From: Lytechinus pictus | Taxonomy: Eukaryota | Reading direction: 5' to 3' | Length of the DNA: 64,000 bases | Assembly (NCBI RefSeq): GCF_037042905.1 | Contig: NC_087251.1 | Location: 5,582,001 to 5,646,000 of the forward strand | Shown here: positions 12,930 through 24,400 of the stretch, in pieces | Layout of the letters: each line of letters opens with the position of its first letter | Numbering within the stretch: position 1 is the stretch's first letter | Translations under genes and position numbers: made by a program | The notes under the pieces: generated by a model | Database searches by the model: none | What the model saw: the letters and a program-made list of their open reading frames with translations, nothing else | What the model was told of the DNA's origin: nothing

Positions 12930-13470
12930 CGGCCACTTTTATCCCTGCCATTATCATATCTTCCATTTTTACCTCTTGTCAATTATGCCTCTGCTCTTTT
13001 TACCTCTGCCGTTTTTACCTCTGCCATTATTACCTCTGCCATTATTACCTCTGCCATTTTTACCTCTGCCATTTTTATCTCTGCCATTTTTACCTCTGCC
13101 ATAATTACCTCTGCCATTTTTACTTCTGCCATTTTTACCTCTGCCATTTTACCTCTGCCATTATTACCTCTGCCATTTTTACCTCTGCCACTTTTACCTC
13201 TGCCATTTTTACCTCTGCCATTATTACCTCTGCCATTTTTACCTCTGCTATTTTTACCTCTGCCATTTTACCTCTGCCATTATTACCTCTGCCATTTTCA
13301 CCTCTGCCACTTTTACCTCTGCCATTTTTACCTCTGCCATTTTTACCTCTTCCATTTTTACCTCTGCCATTATTACCTCTGCCATTTTTACTTCTGCCAT
13401 TTTTACCTCTGCCATTTTCACCTCTGCCATTTTTACCTCTGCCATTATTACCTCTGCCATTTTTACCTGG
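12930..13470 (-). repeat. 15-bp minisatellite, inverted relative to 10550-10950
   Basis: (ATTTTTACCTCTGCC)n; degenerate units also at 12560-12612. Confidence 0.95.
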
Positions 13471-13757
13471 CACCGTTTGCACATATCCCGGCGTTTGCAC
13501 AAAACACGGCTCCACACGGTGTTTAAAATTGAAAGTTTGACGGAGGAAAAGCTACACATTTTCTAAATATTGAAACAAATTTGACAGGTTGCGTGTGAAA
13601 TATGATGAAGATTGATCTCATACAAATTCAAAATATCCTTAAGAAATATCGATTGTAAAAACAATATATTGAAAGAAAAAAATCAATGATAATTGAATTC
13701 AATTTTTGCCTTGTTCCAGGTCTTATTTGAACAACGACGTAGAAAGAGCATCCTTAC

Positions 13758-13830
13758 CCTTGTGAGAATAAACATGTGTAGACAAGCAGAGAACATGATA
13801 AATCACGTACAGTATCAGTGACGATTCCAT
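13758..13830 (-). CDS. Probable nAChR paralog B coding exon 1 (signal peptide MESSLILYVIYHVLCLSTHVYSHK)
   Basis: 73 nt and phase 1, the same as gene A exon 1; AGG|GTAAGG donor; in-frame upstream ATG at 13845. A possible 5'UTR exon ends at 14221 (AAG|GTAAGG). Confidence 0.6.
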
Positions 13831-15239
13831 CCCTTTGCCTTGCATGTATTCATGAATCTACTTCAAGTTCAAAATATGCTTGAGATACCACTGTCTGATA
13901 CATGTCTGTATAAGAAAATAAAATAATTAATACCACAATCTCACTCAGTTTCATATCTTCTTATTATTTCCGTATGATGTATAATCGTAAAAGAGAAATC
14001 CACATGACCCAATTTTTTCATGATAAGCACTTCCACATTCATGATGGTACGAATTTCGGCCTTGTTAGCAATTTGTATGAAATATTCAGCATATATTAAT
14101 GATATTGTGATCATTGTACAACCACTAAAGATATCTCCATATTTCTAAATATTCAGGGAAAGTCCATTAACTTTGTCCTCGAGAACACTTACTAAGTGTA
14201 GTTACAGTTAAATTCCTTACCTTTGCCTGATGATTATTAGTAGCAGTGATGGTTTTCCAGCGATACAACATTCATGTCGGACATAATTATCAATTGCAAA
14301 CAGAAATCTATCGAGGCCCGAAAAGGGATTTCAAAATTATTTTTGGTTTGACTTATATATACGATCTGCCGTGATTGCGAACAATGTTCAATTTCACCTG
14401 GGAAATTATTATAAGGCTGAACTTCTGTGACTTGCAGGAAGCGTCGTGTCGAGCGTGCTTTTCGAGAGTGAAAATGACAAATACAAATTTGCACCAAAGA
14501 GACATTAAGACGCGTGCCACCAAGTGCTGACACTTCAGTAATCTTCGTCGCCCCTCCCCCTTCTTCAACATCACCACCACCCAGGCCTACCACCACCACT
14601 CCAATGGGGGCTATGAGCCAAGAAATTCGACTGACACAGCATGGTGTATCGGTGGCGGATCTAGCTTTTTGCTAAGCGGGGGGTTTGACACGTTGGTTTG
14701 ACTCAATAAAGATGAGCTACGACGTAATGCGTCCTACCCCCCCCCCCCCCTCGTAAATCCGCCACCGTTCTGCTTGTGCGACTCTTGTAAATAGGGAAGG
14801 GGTGCTAGTGTTTGATCCCACACTCCCTTTTTTTATATTAGGGAGGCCAATTAAGATGCGGGTTTAAACTCCTACCCCCCTCCCTCTCCCCTTAGATCCG
14901 CAACTGCGTATTAAGCAAATTTCTAAAAAGTCACAAGCGAGGCAAAAAAGGAGATATTTTGACCTAGTTATAATCGAATTCTTATTTCGAGATAGATGTA
15001 CATTTTGACCAAGCATTATTAGTCTATATTTTAACTTCACAGCGAAGAGAATATCCGGTTGAAAGTTTGAACTATGATGTGAAGATCAAATAAAAAATAG
15101 AAGTGTTCCAAAGGCGATATGACGTGGCTGGAATTCAATTTAGACGATTTATTGATTAGATATTGGAGAGTAAATTTGGGTAAAAATATAGCAATATATG
15201 CTATAGTCTATTAGCGCCAGGCATTTCATTATTTTGCCC

Positions 15240-15432
15240 TCATTATTTTTACAGCAGAAGCGTTGTGAGGTAGGTGTGAAGACATCTGAGCCTGTCACTG
15301 GGTTTGACCGTTATATTCAGTCAAAGAGGCTGATCGGGGTTTTGTTTTTATCAAAGTGGAGACAGAGTGAGGATTCGAACTCACAACCTTGTGATTATGA
15401 GTCCAATGCTCTCACCACTGGACCATGTGCCC
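15240..15432 (-). mobile_element. tRNA-derived SINE (head at 15360-15432)
   Basis: A box TGGTCCAGTGG, B box GTTCGAATCC, CAT in the anticodon position, poor acceptor stem. Confidence 0.65.
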
Positions 15433-15527
15433 GTCAGGTCCTGTCACTCATATAAGCTTAACGTAGTTACCCATCGCATACAAGTAAAAAGGAATGAATA
15501 TGAAAAAAAAATTGAACTACCTTACTG

Positions 15528-15557
15528 CATCTACTACTACTACTACTACCACTACCA

Positions 15558-15648
<91 letters not shown>

Positions 15649-15677
15649 TACTACTACTTCTACTACTGCTACTTCTT

Positions 15678-15713
<36 letters not shown>

Positions 15714-15715
15714 TA
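15528..15715. repeat. (CTA)n microsatellite
   Basis: Directly visible. Confidence 0.95.
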
Positions 15716-15850
15716 TACTACTTCTACTCGAGTATCATTTTAAAGCTGCATTTCATTCTACATTGCCTTGTATCAAGGAGATCGTAAAGTTACTATTGCA
15801 ATAATCCAGTTTGGAACTCGAGTATTTGGGACAAAGTTCGATTAGTTGTG

Positions 15851-16049
15851 CACTGCAAAAACTCCGGTGTTGATTTAACACCAGCCCAGAATATATATAT
15901 GTCCACACCAGAGAAGTGTTAAACAACACCAGTTTTGTTTCGGTCTAACATCGGTTTGATTCCAAACTGGTGTTGTTTCAATACTTCTCTGGTGTGGACA
16001 AATATAGATTCCGGGCTGGTGTTAAATCAACACCGGATTTTTTGCAGTG
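15851..16049. mobile_element. EnSpm/CACTA-type MITE
   Basis: TG|CACTGCAAAAACTCCGGTG...CACCGGATTTTTTGCAGTG|TG (2-bp TSD); related copy at 41695-42104. Confidence 0.8.
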
Positions 16050-16099
16050 TGTATAAACTAGGCGTTGATCGGGTGAACGTGTGTTTACAAGCGAGCAAC

Positions 16100-16410
16100 T
16101 CCAACACGAATTTAAAAAAAATACAAAGGCAAGCAACGCGTATTATTCTCAAGCAGAAAAGACAGGAAATGGAATATCCCATACGTCTTCAAAATTTGAG
16201 GTGGTACACCCTCAGTTCGAGACGGAATTATCTATTGATTAGTTTTATTCTCTAAGTACTCTTTTGCCTTGTAAAATGTTCAATCTAAATCCAAGATATT
16301 CTGAAGCCATACAATAAATCATACATCTAAAAGCGCGCACCAAAAGACTGCATTGTTCTGCCATTCACACATTTCCTCGTGTGTGGGATTCACTAACTAC
16401 TACTTTTTAA
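16100..16410 (+). mobile_element. Degenerate CR1-like LINE RT C-terminal fragment
   Basis: LKKIQRQATRIIL..EYPIRLQNLRWYTLSSRR motif. Confidence 0.6.
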
Positions 16411-16669
16411 AGGTAGATATTGTACTGCTGTCCTTTCATACCCGGCTTAATAAATTAATGCAACAAGTACTATCAACCGGTCAATTGTAAACTCATTATA
16501 CTTTCTAACTCTCAAGTATTATGGGGTTGCTATTCTTTAGCCAATCAGATTTAAGGGTCTGACAGCTTCCCATTCCAGATTTGTTTTAGTTTTATGCTGT
16601 ATTTATTTATTTAACTTTATTTTTTCACAAAGACGCGTACAAAATATAGAGTATTGCGTATTAACGAAT

Positions 16670-17020
16670 TAGCCTTGAATGAAATTTACCCACATTGTGC
16701 TGCACTCAACCCAGGTGGGTGTTACATAAAGCTGTTCATAAGTTAAGAGTGACTTTAAGAACGACTGGTGATCATTTCTTGTGGAAAATTGTATATACAT
16801 TGGCGATGGTTAAGCGCGTGAGAAAGGTTCACCAGTCGTTCTTAAAGTCGTTCTTAACTTACGAACAGCCTTATGAAACGGCCCCCAGGTGAGGTAAATG
16901 GATGCCGGCAGGAAGTAATTCTTCGGTAGACTAGCTTACCCGGGGTAATATAGGAGCGCCTTGAGCACCTAACAAGGTGGAAACGTGCGCTATACAAATC
17001 CTATATCATTCGTTATTTAT
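16670..17020 (+). mobile_element. SINE 3' part with L2-like tail, interrupted by a MITE
   Basis: TGCTGCACTCAACCCAG[ins]GTGAGGTAAATGG; tail GAGCGCCTTGAG..GCGCTATACAAA; related sequence at ~50720-50910. Confidence 0.55.
16715..16885. mobile_element. Harbinger-type MITE (CAG TSD)
   Basis: Long inverted arms, CAG on both sides. Confidence 0.75.
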
Positions 17021-17195
17021 TAACATCTGTATAGTTGTATTTTACTATTTTGTATTTCATGTATGTTATTTTGTAAAGTCACTTGGATTAGAAAGGAAGA
17101 CCTTCCGGTTATAATTATTTAGTCAACCTATTTCTTTTTCCCGGCATCCATGTAACTTTCCTTTATCCTATTGTTTGTACATGTTGATTATACCA

Positions 17196-17336
17196 AATAT
17201 AATAATAATGATAATAGTAATAATAACAACAACAATAATAATAATAATAATAATGATACTGCTGCCGCTGCTACTACAACAACAACTACTACTACTACTA
17301 CCACCACCACCGCCGCCACCACCACCACCGCCGCCG

Positions 17337-17374
<38 letters not shown>

Positions 17375-17565
17375 GCTACCATCACCATCACTAGTACAAC
17401 AACTACTGCTACTTTTACTACTACTACTACTACTACTACTTCTACTTCTACTACTACTACTTCTACTTCTACTACTACTATTACTACTACTACTACTACT
17501 AAATGCTACTACTACAACTATTACTAATACCACCACCAGCAGTACTACTACTACTACTTCTGCTA
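17196..17565. repeat. Compound trinucleotide microsatellite (AAT/ACT/ACC/GCC)
   Basis: Directly visible. Confidence 0.95.
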
Positions 17566-18127
17566 CTATACTCCAAATAGGTAGCATAATGATAGTGAAA
17601 ACCATAATGACAATATTCATCATCATTAAAAGGAGACACAGAGGGAAGAGTAGAATGGTAGAAATATAATTTCATAAAAACTGAATGATTGTTACTGGAT
17701 TTCAATGCATTTATTCAACTTTATTGTAATTTTTTCACATAAAAAGCAAGGATTAGATTATTGCATATGAACGAAGTAGACTTGAATGATGCTGTCAACA
17801 TTCCGTTTAGCTCATTCGTGATTGCTCATGATTTACATTGAAAGTCACTAATTTGTGTACTATACTATACAAGAGAAGGCAATAATTATATTATATACTC
17901 GTGCTATGTGCTATACAAAAGAAGGCAATATCCCCAACACTGGAAACGTTTTTTTTCCCCCTTTTTTTTTAGCAGGAAATGTTTACCCATTTTAGAGTTT
18001 TTAATCTTCTTTTCTCTCTTCTTTTTTATTTTCTCTCTAGTCAGATTTTCTGGGAGGAAAATGATTTTCTTTCTTCGCCCCTCATGAGCCATTCCCTTTA
18101 TAAAATCTTGGGTCTGCTGCTGGTCTC

Positions 18128-18787
18128 ATGTAGTCATTGATTTCATATTTCACTTTATGTAGTCCCATTTTGTGTTAAGTTATGTTGGTATTTTATGTTC
18201 CATACTTTAATCAGTAACAAAGCTATATTTATGATAATTGTAATAAAATTGAACAAATTTTAAAAGAATTACAATCATTTAGACATACACAGGTATTAAC
18301 GTGACATACACATCATTATATCAAAATCAAGTCGCCAACGATGTATATATAAGTATACTGATTAAAGATTTGGGTGAATGAATAATGATGATGATAATGG
18401 TTCCAAAAGCATTTCAAATGCATTATGCACTGAAAACTAAAATTGGTCTCCTGACTAGCTTAAAGTTAGTCCAAATGGTGCCCACCTATACTGGCAGTCA
18501 TGCAGTCATTTATGTGATATTTCACTTTATGTAGACCCATGTTGTGTTAGATTATGTTAGCATTTTATGTTCCATAAATTAATCAGTTACAAAGCTATTA
18601 TGATAATTGTAATAGAATTAATTAAATCTTAAAAGAATTGCAATCATTTAGACACACACAGGTATTGGCGTGACATACATATCATTATATCAAAATCAAG
18701 TCGCCAACAATGTAGTACTGATTAAAGATTTGGGTGAATGAATAATGATGATGATAATAGTTCCAAAAGCATTTCAAATGCATTATG
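18128..18787. repeat. ~300-bp direct duplication (18128-18427 / ~18500-18787)
   Basis: Long identical blocks such as CATTATATCAAAATCAAGTCGCCAAC. Confidence 0.85.
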
Positions 18788-18873
18788 GGTAAACTATAAT
18801 AAATAATTATTTTCATAAATGGATAGAATATTGATTTACTTAGACTCGAGGCTTCAACTGCATTGTAATAACT

Positions 18874-19083
18874 ACACTCTAAATATCGGGTAAAATGGGA
18901 ACAAGTGTGTCTTTAGGTAAAAAATATTTCAAATATTTTGTAAATTTTACGCAATGTTGCGTTGAAATTTACCCTTCAAACATGCATTTTGCCCAATATT
19001 GGGGGGGAAAAACTACCCGGTAAACATGCATGTTCCCTTTCTACCCAATATTGGGTAAATTTTTACTCTCTGCTTTTAGATTG
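18874..19083. mobile_element. CACT-type MITE (degenerate)
   Basis: TA|CACTCTAAA...TTTAGATTG|TA; related copy at ~32020-32274. Confidence 0.55.
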
Positions 19084-21171
19084 TATGTCCCGGGTAAGTG
19101 CGAGATATGTGTATAGAATGACATGAATATTATTCGTTAAATTAAAAAAAACCTTTATTTTCATTATATTTCATCGACCATTTTTTTAAATCGTGACATC
19201 GCAAGCTCCATGCGTGTGCCTTGCTTATCTAAACAGAATCTTGCATTCGCCAAAATTGATTTTTATTGATTTAAATCACGCTGACTCCTCTTCGCCCCCA
19301 TGTTACTCAAAGATATAACCTTAAATTGAACTTAATCTTATTCCCATTCTAAAATGCAATACCAAAATATATTATTTATTCTAATAGAAAGAATTATAAT
19401 CCATATTCCTGGTCATTAAAGGTACTGTTTTTCACTAAAATAATACTTATTTAATCTAAATGAAACTGTAATAATATTTTAAGATATACAACGTAACAAT
19501 TTCATGTTCTTATGCGTGATAGACATACACACTGCAAAGCCACCACCAGCTTTTTTTTCAAGGGGGTGCGATTTGGGAAAAAATTGACAAAACTTACCAC
19601 CAAATCTAATATCAGGCAGTGGTGAGGGTGGCACAGATATATACTACATAATCTAGAGTAGATATGAATATAACAACACTGATATTAAGAACATGTCGCC
19701 CTTCTAAAAAGCCAAACCCCCACCCTCCGAATCCCCCCCCCCCCCCCGTGATGCCCTGTAAACACAAGCGATTGCTCACCCCCTTTTATAAAATAACAAA
19801 AAAGTGCAAGGAATCTGTTTGGTCGTATATATCACATGTCCTCAGCCATGATATCAAATTTTACTTGACAAAATCATATTTCGAAGGATATATTATGTTC
19901 ATATAAGAAAAATTAATCCATTATATACTAGCATAAGATAAGATATAATCATAACAGGCTATAAACACTTGGTTTTGATCAAAATTACTTCTTCTCATAA
20001 TTATAATTTTGAAAGATACCTTAATTAAGTACATGTACCAAAAATGCGTGTATTTTAGTAGACTCATCAAACAATGCGTAAAAATTGTGAGACGAAATTA
20101 CTGGAGGTAAGTTTAGTACCACGTTTGTATCGTGTCTGTATAGTATCTCTCCTTTTCAAGGGAGATGTCACAACTAAAGATTTTAGCCGGCGAACTGTAT
20201 GGCAAACAGTTTTCATATTAAATTCCATTAGTTGATGTCAAGATTTTTTTTAACATAACAAAATAATTTCTTGGTAAAAAGAACTTGATATCTTGATATT
20301 TTGTGCTGTTAAAAGGTTGATATCAAGCAATATTATCTAATGAGCAAAGTGCTTAACATACGTACGTCGGTATACGGTCGCTATATCGTAGAGGTGTGAC
20401 ACAATTCATGTATATCAACATGCACCAGCTCCCCGAGAGCTCCATTGGATTCAGTTGCACTACTTATCTTGGATTCAATTCCAAATAATGCATTTTTTTA
20501 CATAGAAATTAATTATTTTTGTTTTAATCAATTTAAATCAGCAAAAATAATTTACTTTTGAAGGAATTGTGAAAAGTTATTCATCTCTGTTTGTAAATGT
20601 ACATGCAGTAAATATATCTGGGACAAGTTTGGACAATGTATATTCCTTAAAACTGGAAATATGATTTATTTTTCTTAAACATATAAATTAAGCCCATTTG
20701 GTTTAAGAGGTTCAAAAAATTAAGCATCATTGTTTATTGATAGGGGTAAGACAGATGATTGACACTCCAATGTAAAACGTCAATTACCTGATTTTGAAAA
20801 TATCAAATTTGCACTTCAGAAAAGATTGCAAAACATATTGCTAAGTAACAATACGTAGTGAAATGTCGAAAAGTACTTTGCCAGTGGTGACATACAATCA
20901 AAAATATATAATTAAATATATATATAATATATATATATAAGTAAATAAAATAGAACGGAGGGGCTTCACGGAAAAAACATGCTTGTATGACAAGCCCCTG
21001 TGACTTAGTTTCAATACGTACAGGAAAAACAAATGATCCAGTGTGACGGAAGCAAAAGAAGAGACGCAATGTAAACATTTTATATTTCAAGTTCACTTTC
21101 AATTATTGTTCATTCAGTTCTCACAACAGAACGATTTTTATCTTGACTTCGTAAACAAAGCTTTATTAAAA

Positions 21172-21430
21172 TCACTTTAGAAAACTGATAAGAGCAAACA
21201 TGACATTTCCTATCATAGCTAAACAAAGAATGGTTCCGCAAAAAGAATCGAAGGCTAAAGCAAGCTGTCTCCAAATAAACTGGTTTACATCTTTACTTTC
21301 CAAGTCGACTGCAGGTCGCCGAAATTCTTCTGTCCTCAATTCTGTGTCTAGAATAGTGGAAGCTGTGTTCCCATTGGTGATGACCTCTTCGTTCCTGGTA
21401 ACTTTATTTTCTTGTAAGATGTACAGCTTC
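21172..21430 (-). CDS. nAChR gene A exon 8 (MA helix, M4, stop)
   Basis: WRQLALAFDSFCGTILCLAMIGNVMFALISFLK*; phase-2 CAG acceptor. Confidence 0.88.
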
Positions 21431-24400
21431 CTGTACACACAGGAGGAAATATAAACTGTTTATTTGATCTTTCAGACGTAAAGATAAAACCTGTACCATG
21501 ACAAAGTCTCCATGATAATAAATGATAATGCAATTCAGATATTTGCTAGTTGTATTTACTGAATGTTTACTTCAGTAAGTTTTAGTTATATCAATCAGAA
21601 TTAGTTTTAAAGTCTATATCAGGGATACTCCTTAATAAAATTTCACAGAGTCTTCATATTCATAATCATATCTAAGCATTCAGCTATAATACTTATAAGT
21701 AGTTTTTTTATTCAGTTATGTTTTCGTGTTGATATAGTATTTAAATTTCAAACGATGTTTGGCAATCCATACCACTGTTGGTTCTAGTGGAGCAATGACA
21801 GCCTATATGATCATCATTAGACCTTAGTGCTGCGTTCGACACTATTGACCATAGTATACTTGCTAAAATATTAGAAACTGATTTTGGGATAACAGACTCT
21901 GCTTTGTCTTGGTTGCAGTCTTACCTTTCCGATAGGCAGCAACAAATATCAATTGGTGACATTACCTCAAAGAAATTTGACGTTAGATGGGGCATTCCCC
22001 AAGGGTCCGGGCTCGGACCTCTCCTTTTTCCCCTCTATTCTAGTAGACTTTTTTCGGTTATCAAAGCACACTCTGAAAAAATATATTGTCACTGCTATGC
22101 AGATGACACTCAATTATACATTTCCTTCAGCCCAGTCAGGGAACAAGAACAGTCCTGTGTTTTGGCTCTTGAACACTGTCTACAGGAACTTCGTAGATGG
22201 ATGTTGAGCAGTAAGTTGAAACTTAATGAAAGCAAAACTGAGTTTCTTTTCATTGGAACACCTAGACAAGTGTCTAAACTAAATATAGATTGCATAACAG
22301 TTGGAAATACTGTAGTCAAGCAGACCATGGTTGCAAGGAACCTTGGTGTCTGGTTTGACTCGCAGCTAAACATGGAAACCCACATATCCAAAACATGCAA
22401 AACTGTCTTCTATCATCTCTACAACTTACGTCATATCCGAAAATACTTAAGCAGCACATGTATTAATACACTGGTCCATGCATTTGTAACAAGCAAATTG
22501 GATTATTGTAATGGATTACTTTTTGGCTTACCAGATTCTCAGATAAACAAATTACAGCGTGTTCAAAATGCATGTGCCAGACTCATTTGTAATTCCCCAA
22601 ATTTTCCCATGTAAGGCCCCTACTCCACGATCTACATTGGCTTCCAGTACGTCAGCGAATCAAATTCAAAATACTGCTCCTAACATATAAGATACTACAT
22701 GACATGGCCCCCACCTATCTCAGTGAACTCCTTAAATTAAAATCACCCACCCAGTCTTACGGGCTTCGTAGTTCCCATGACACAATGCTCCTCAGTCTCC
22801 CACCATGTAAAACAAAGATTACACCAGGTGACCGTGCCTTTATCAGTGCTGCACCCAAACTCTGGAATAGTCTCTCTTCCTCAATAAGAAATGCATCCTC
22901 TGTCAACTTATTTAAAACTAAACTGAAATCCCACCTCTTTCAAGAGAGTTTTTAATAAATAAGTCACTTTTTTGTTATGTATTTTGTAGAAATAATTAAT
23001 CTTTACTTATTTTTCTTCGATTAATTTAGCGAACTTAAATTTACTTCTAAAATATTTACGTATCCTGTTAATAATTGTTTTTCTGCTTATCTGTTATGTA
23101 TTGTAATGCGCAGTTGAGTATATCTAAATAGAAATTGCGCAATGTAAATTTACAATTATTATTATTATTATTCTAATGGTGGTTATTTTCTAGAAATACT
23201 TATTACGGATGGTGGGTTCATTATTTCTTGAACTATATGTCTTGGGACTTCTCGAGCCGATAAACTATTTTAACATGTTTAGACTGCCCTAATTTCTGGC
23301 TCATAAGACATCTGCTTAAGTAATGTATAAGGACATGCCTTTTGGTTAATAAAATGTACACCCGTACCCCACGTATGAACTGATTAACCATCTGGGGCCT
23401 TGTTGCAGGCTTCATCCATCACTAAAATAAAATGCAAATCTCAAATGCGAGCTTCTATTCTTTATCAGCTTTTTCGGGAAATACCAGTGTATAAGCCCAC
23501 CTATTAACACCTAATAATCTTAATCTTAGGTATGCCATGAGAAGATACCAACGGGTCACAGTGATTCAGTTCGCTTTTCGTCTCCAACGCACAGGTGACG
23601 CCACACATTATTATTAAAAAAAAAGAAAATACCGTAGCACTTTGATGCAGTTCACCAAATGATATAAACCTACCTAATGTAGCTTCTAGTTCCAGATCTG
23701 GAGAACCAAGGCAAAAAAAGTTTAATGACCCATCGTGGAGGCTTGGTGTTGGTATCATGGTGGTAGAGACGTAAAACAATGACTGATAAAAACACAGCAC
23801 ATCCACTGAGGATGATCAGCATGAAGAAACAGGTGACTGTATGAGAGAGAGAGAGGATGGGCGAAAGAGGGATTGGCTTGACAGAATATAAGGGGTGAAG
23901 ATGGAGACGAAATAGAAGAAAGAGATACACAGGTGGAAAAGAATGTACGGGAAATGAGTAAAATTCGTTTTCTGTTTGCCTATACAATATTTTAATTGCA
24001 CCATAGAATTTGGAGATTCAGATAATCTAGGATGTCATGTAGATACGTCACAAAGATTTGTTTTACTTATATTTATTTCCATTCGGTCAAAAATTCGATA
24101 TACCGACACAGTGGATAGGCACATATTAGACAAATTGTCTTTACACAATTATAATGAATATAGATAATGGGAAAAGACCTCTCACTACATGCACGGTGTA
24201 TTATAATATTTAGGTACCTAGGATAGATCTTGGTTCTCCAATGGGCGGCATCTTGTCCGCCACTAACTGCTGAAAGAGTGTAAGCGCCAGGAGGTTGGTG
24301 ACGGTGAAGGTCACCTTCTCTCCTGAATCAGGATGCAACCAGAATCCAACCAGCATAAGAGCTGTCAGAAAGACGGCAGGTACCACTACATTGGTAAGAA

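Larger units (their letters stand above)
3611..13515. mobile_element. Candidate 9.9-kb foldback-like element or composite
   Basis: ~45-bp inverted ends (GTGGAGCCGTGTTATGTGCAAAC / GTTTGCACAAAACACGGCTCCAC) flanked by the direct repeat ACGGTGT. Confidence 0.5.

Noticed and set aside
14221..14272. Exon with a strong donor as the coding start of paralog B
   Set aside because: The phase-1 frame has a stop and no signal peptide; at most a 5'UTR exon.
15360..15432. tRNA-Met-like gene
   Set aside because: Acceptor and anticodon stems pair poorly and no immediate terminator follows; better explained as a SINE head.
17168..17705. Poly-L/T/S/P ORFs (also at 15367, 24627, 27224, 33658)
   Set aside because: Trinucleotide microsatellites.
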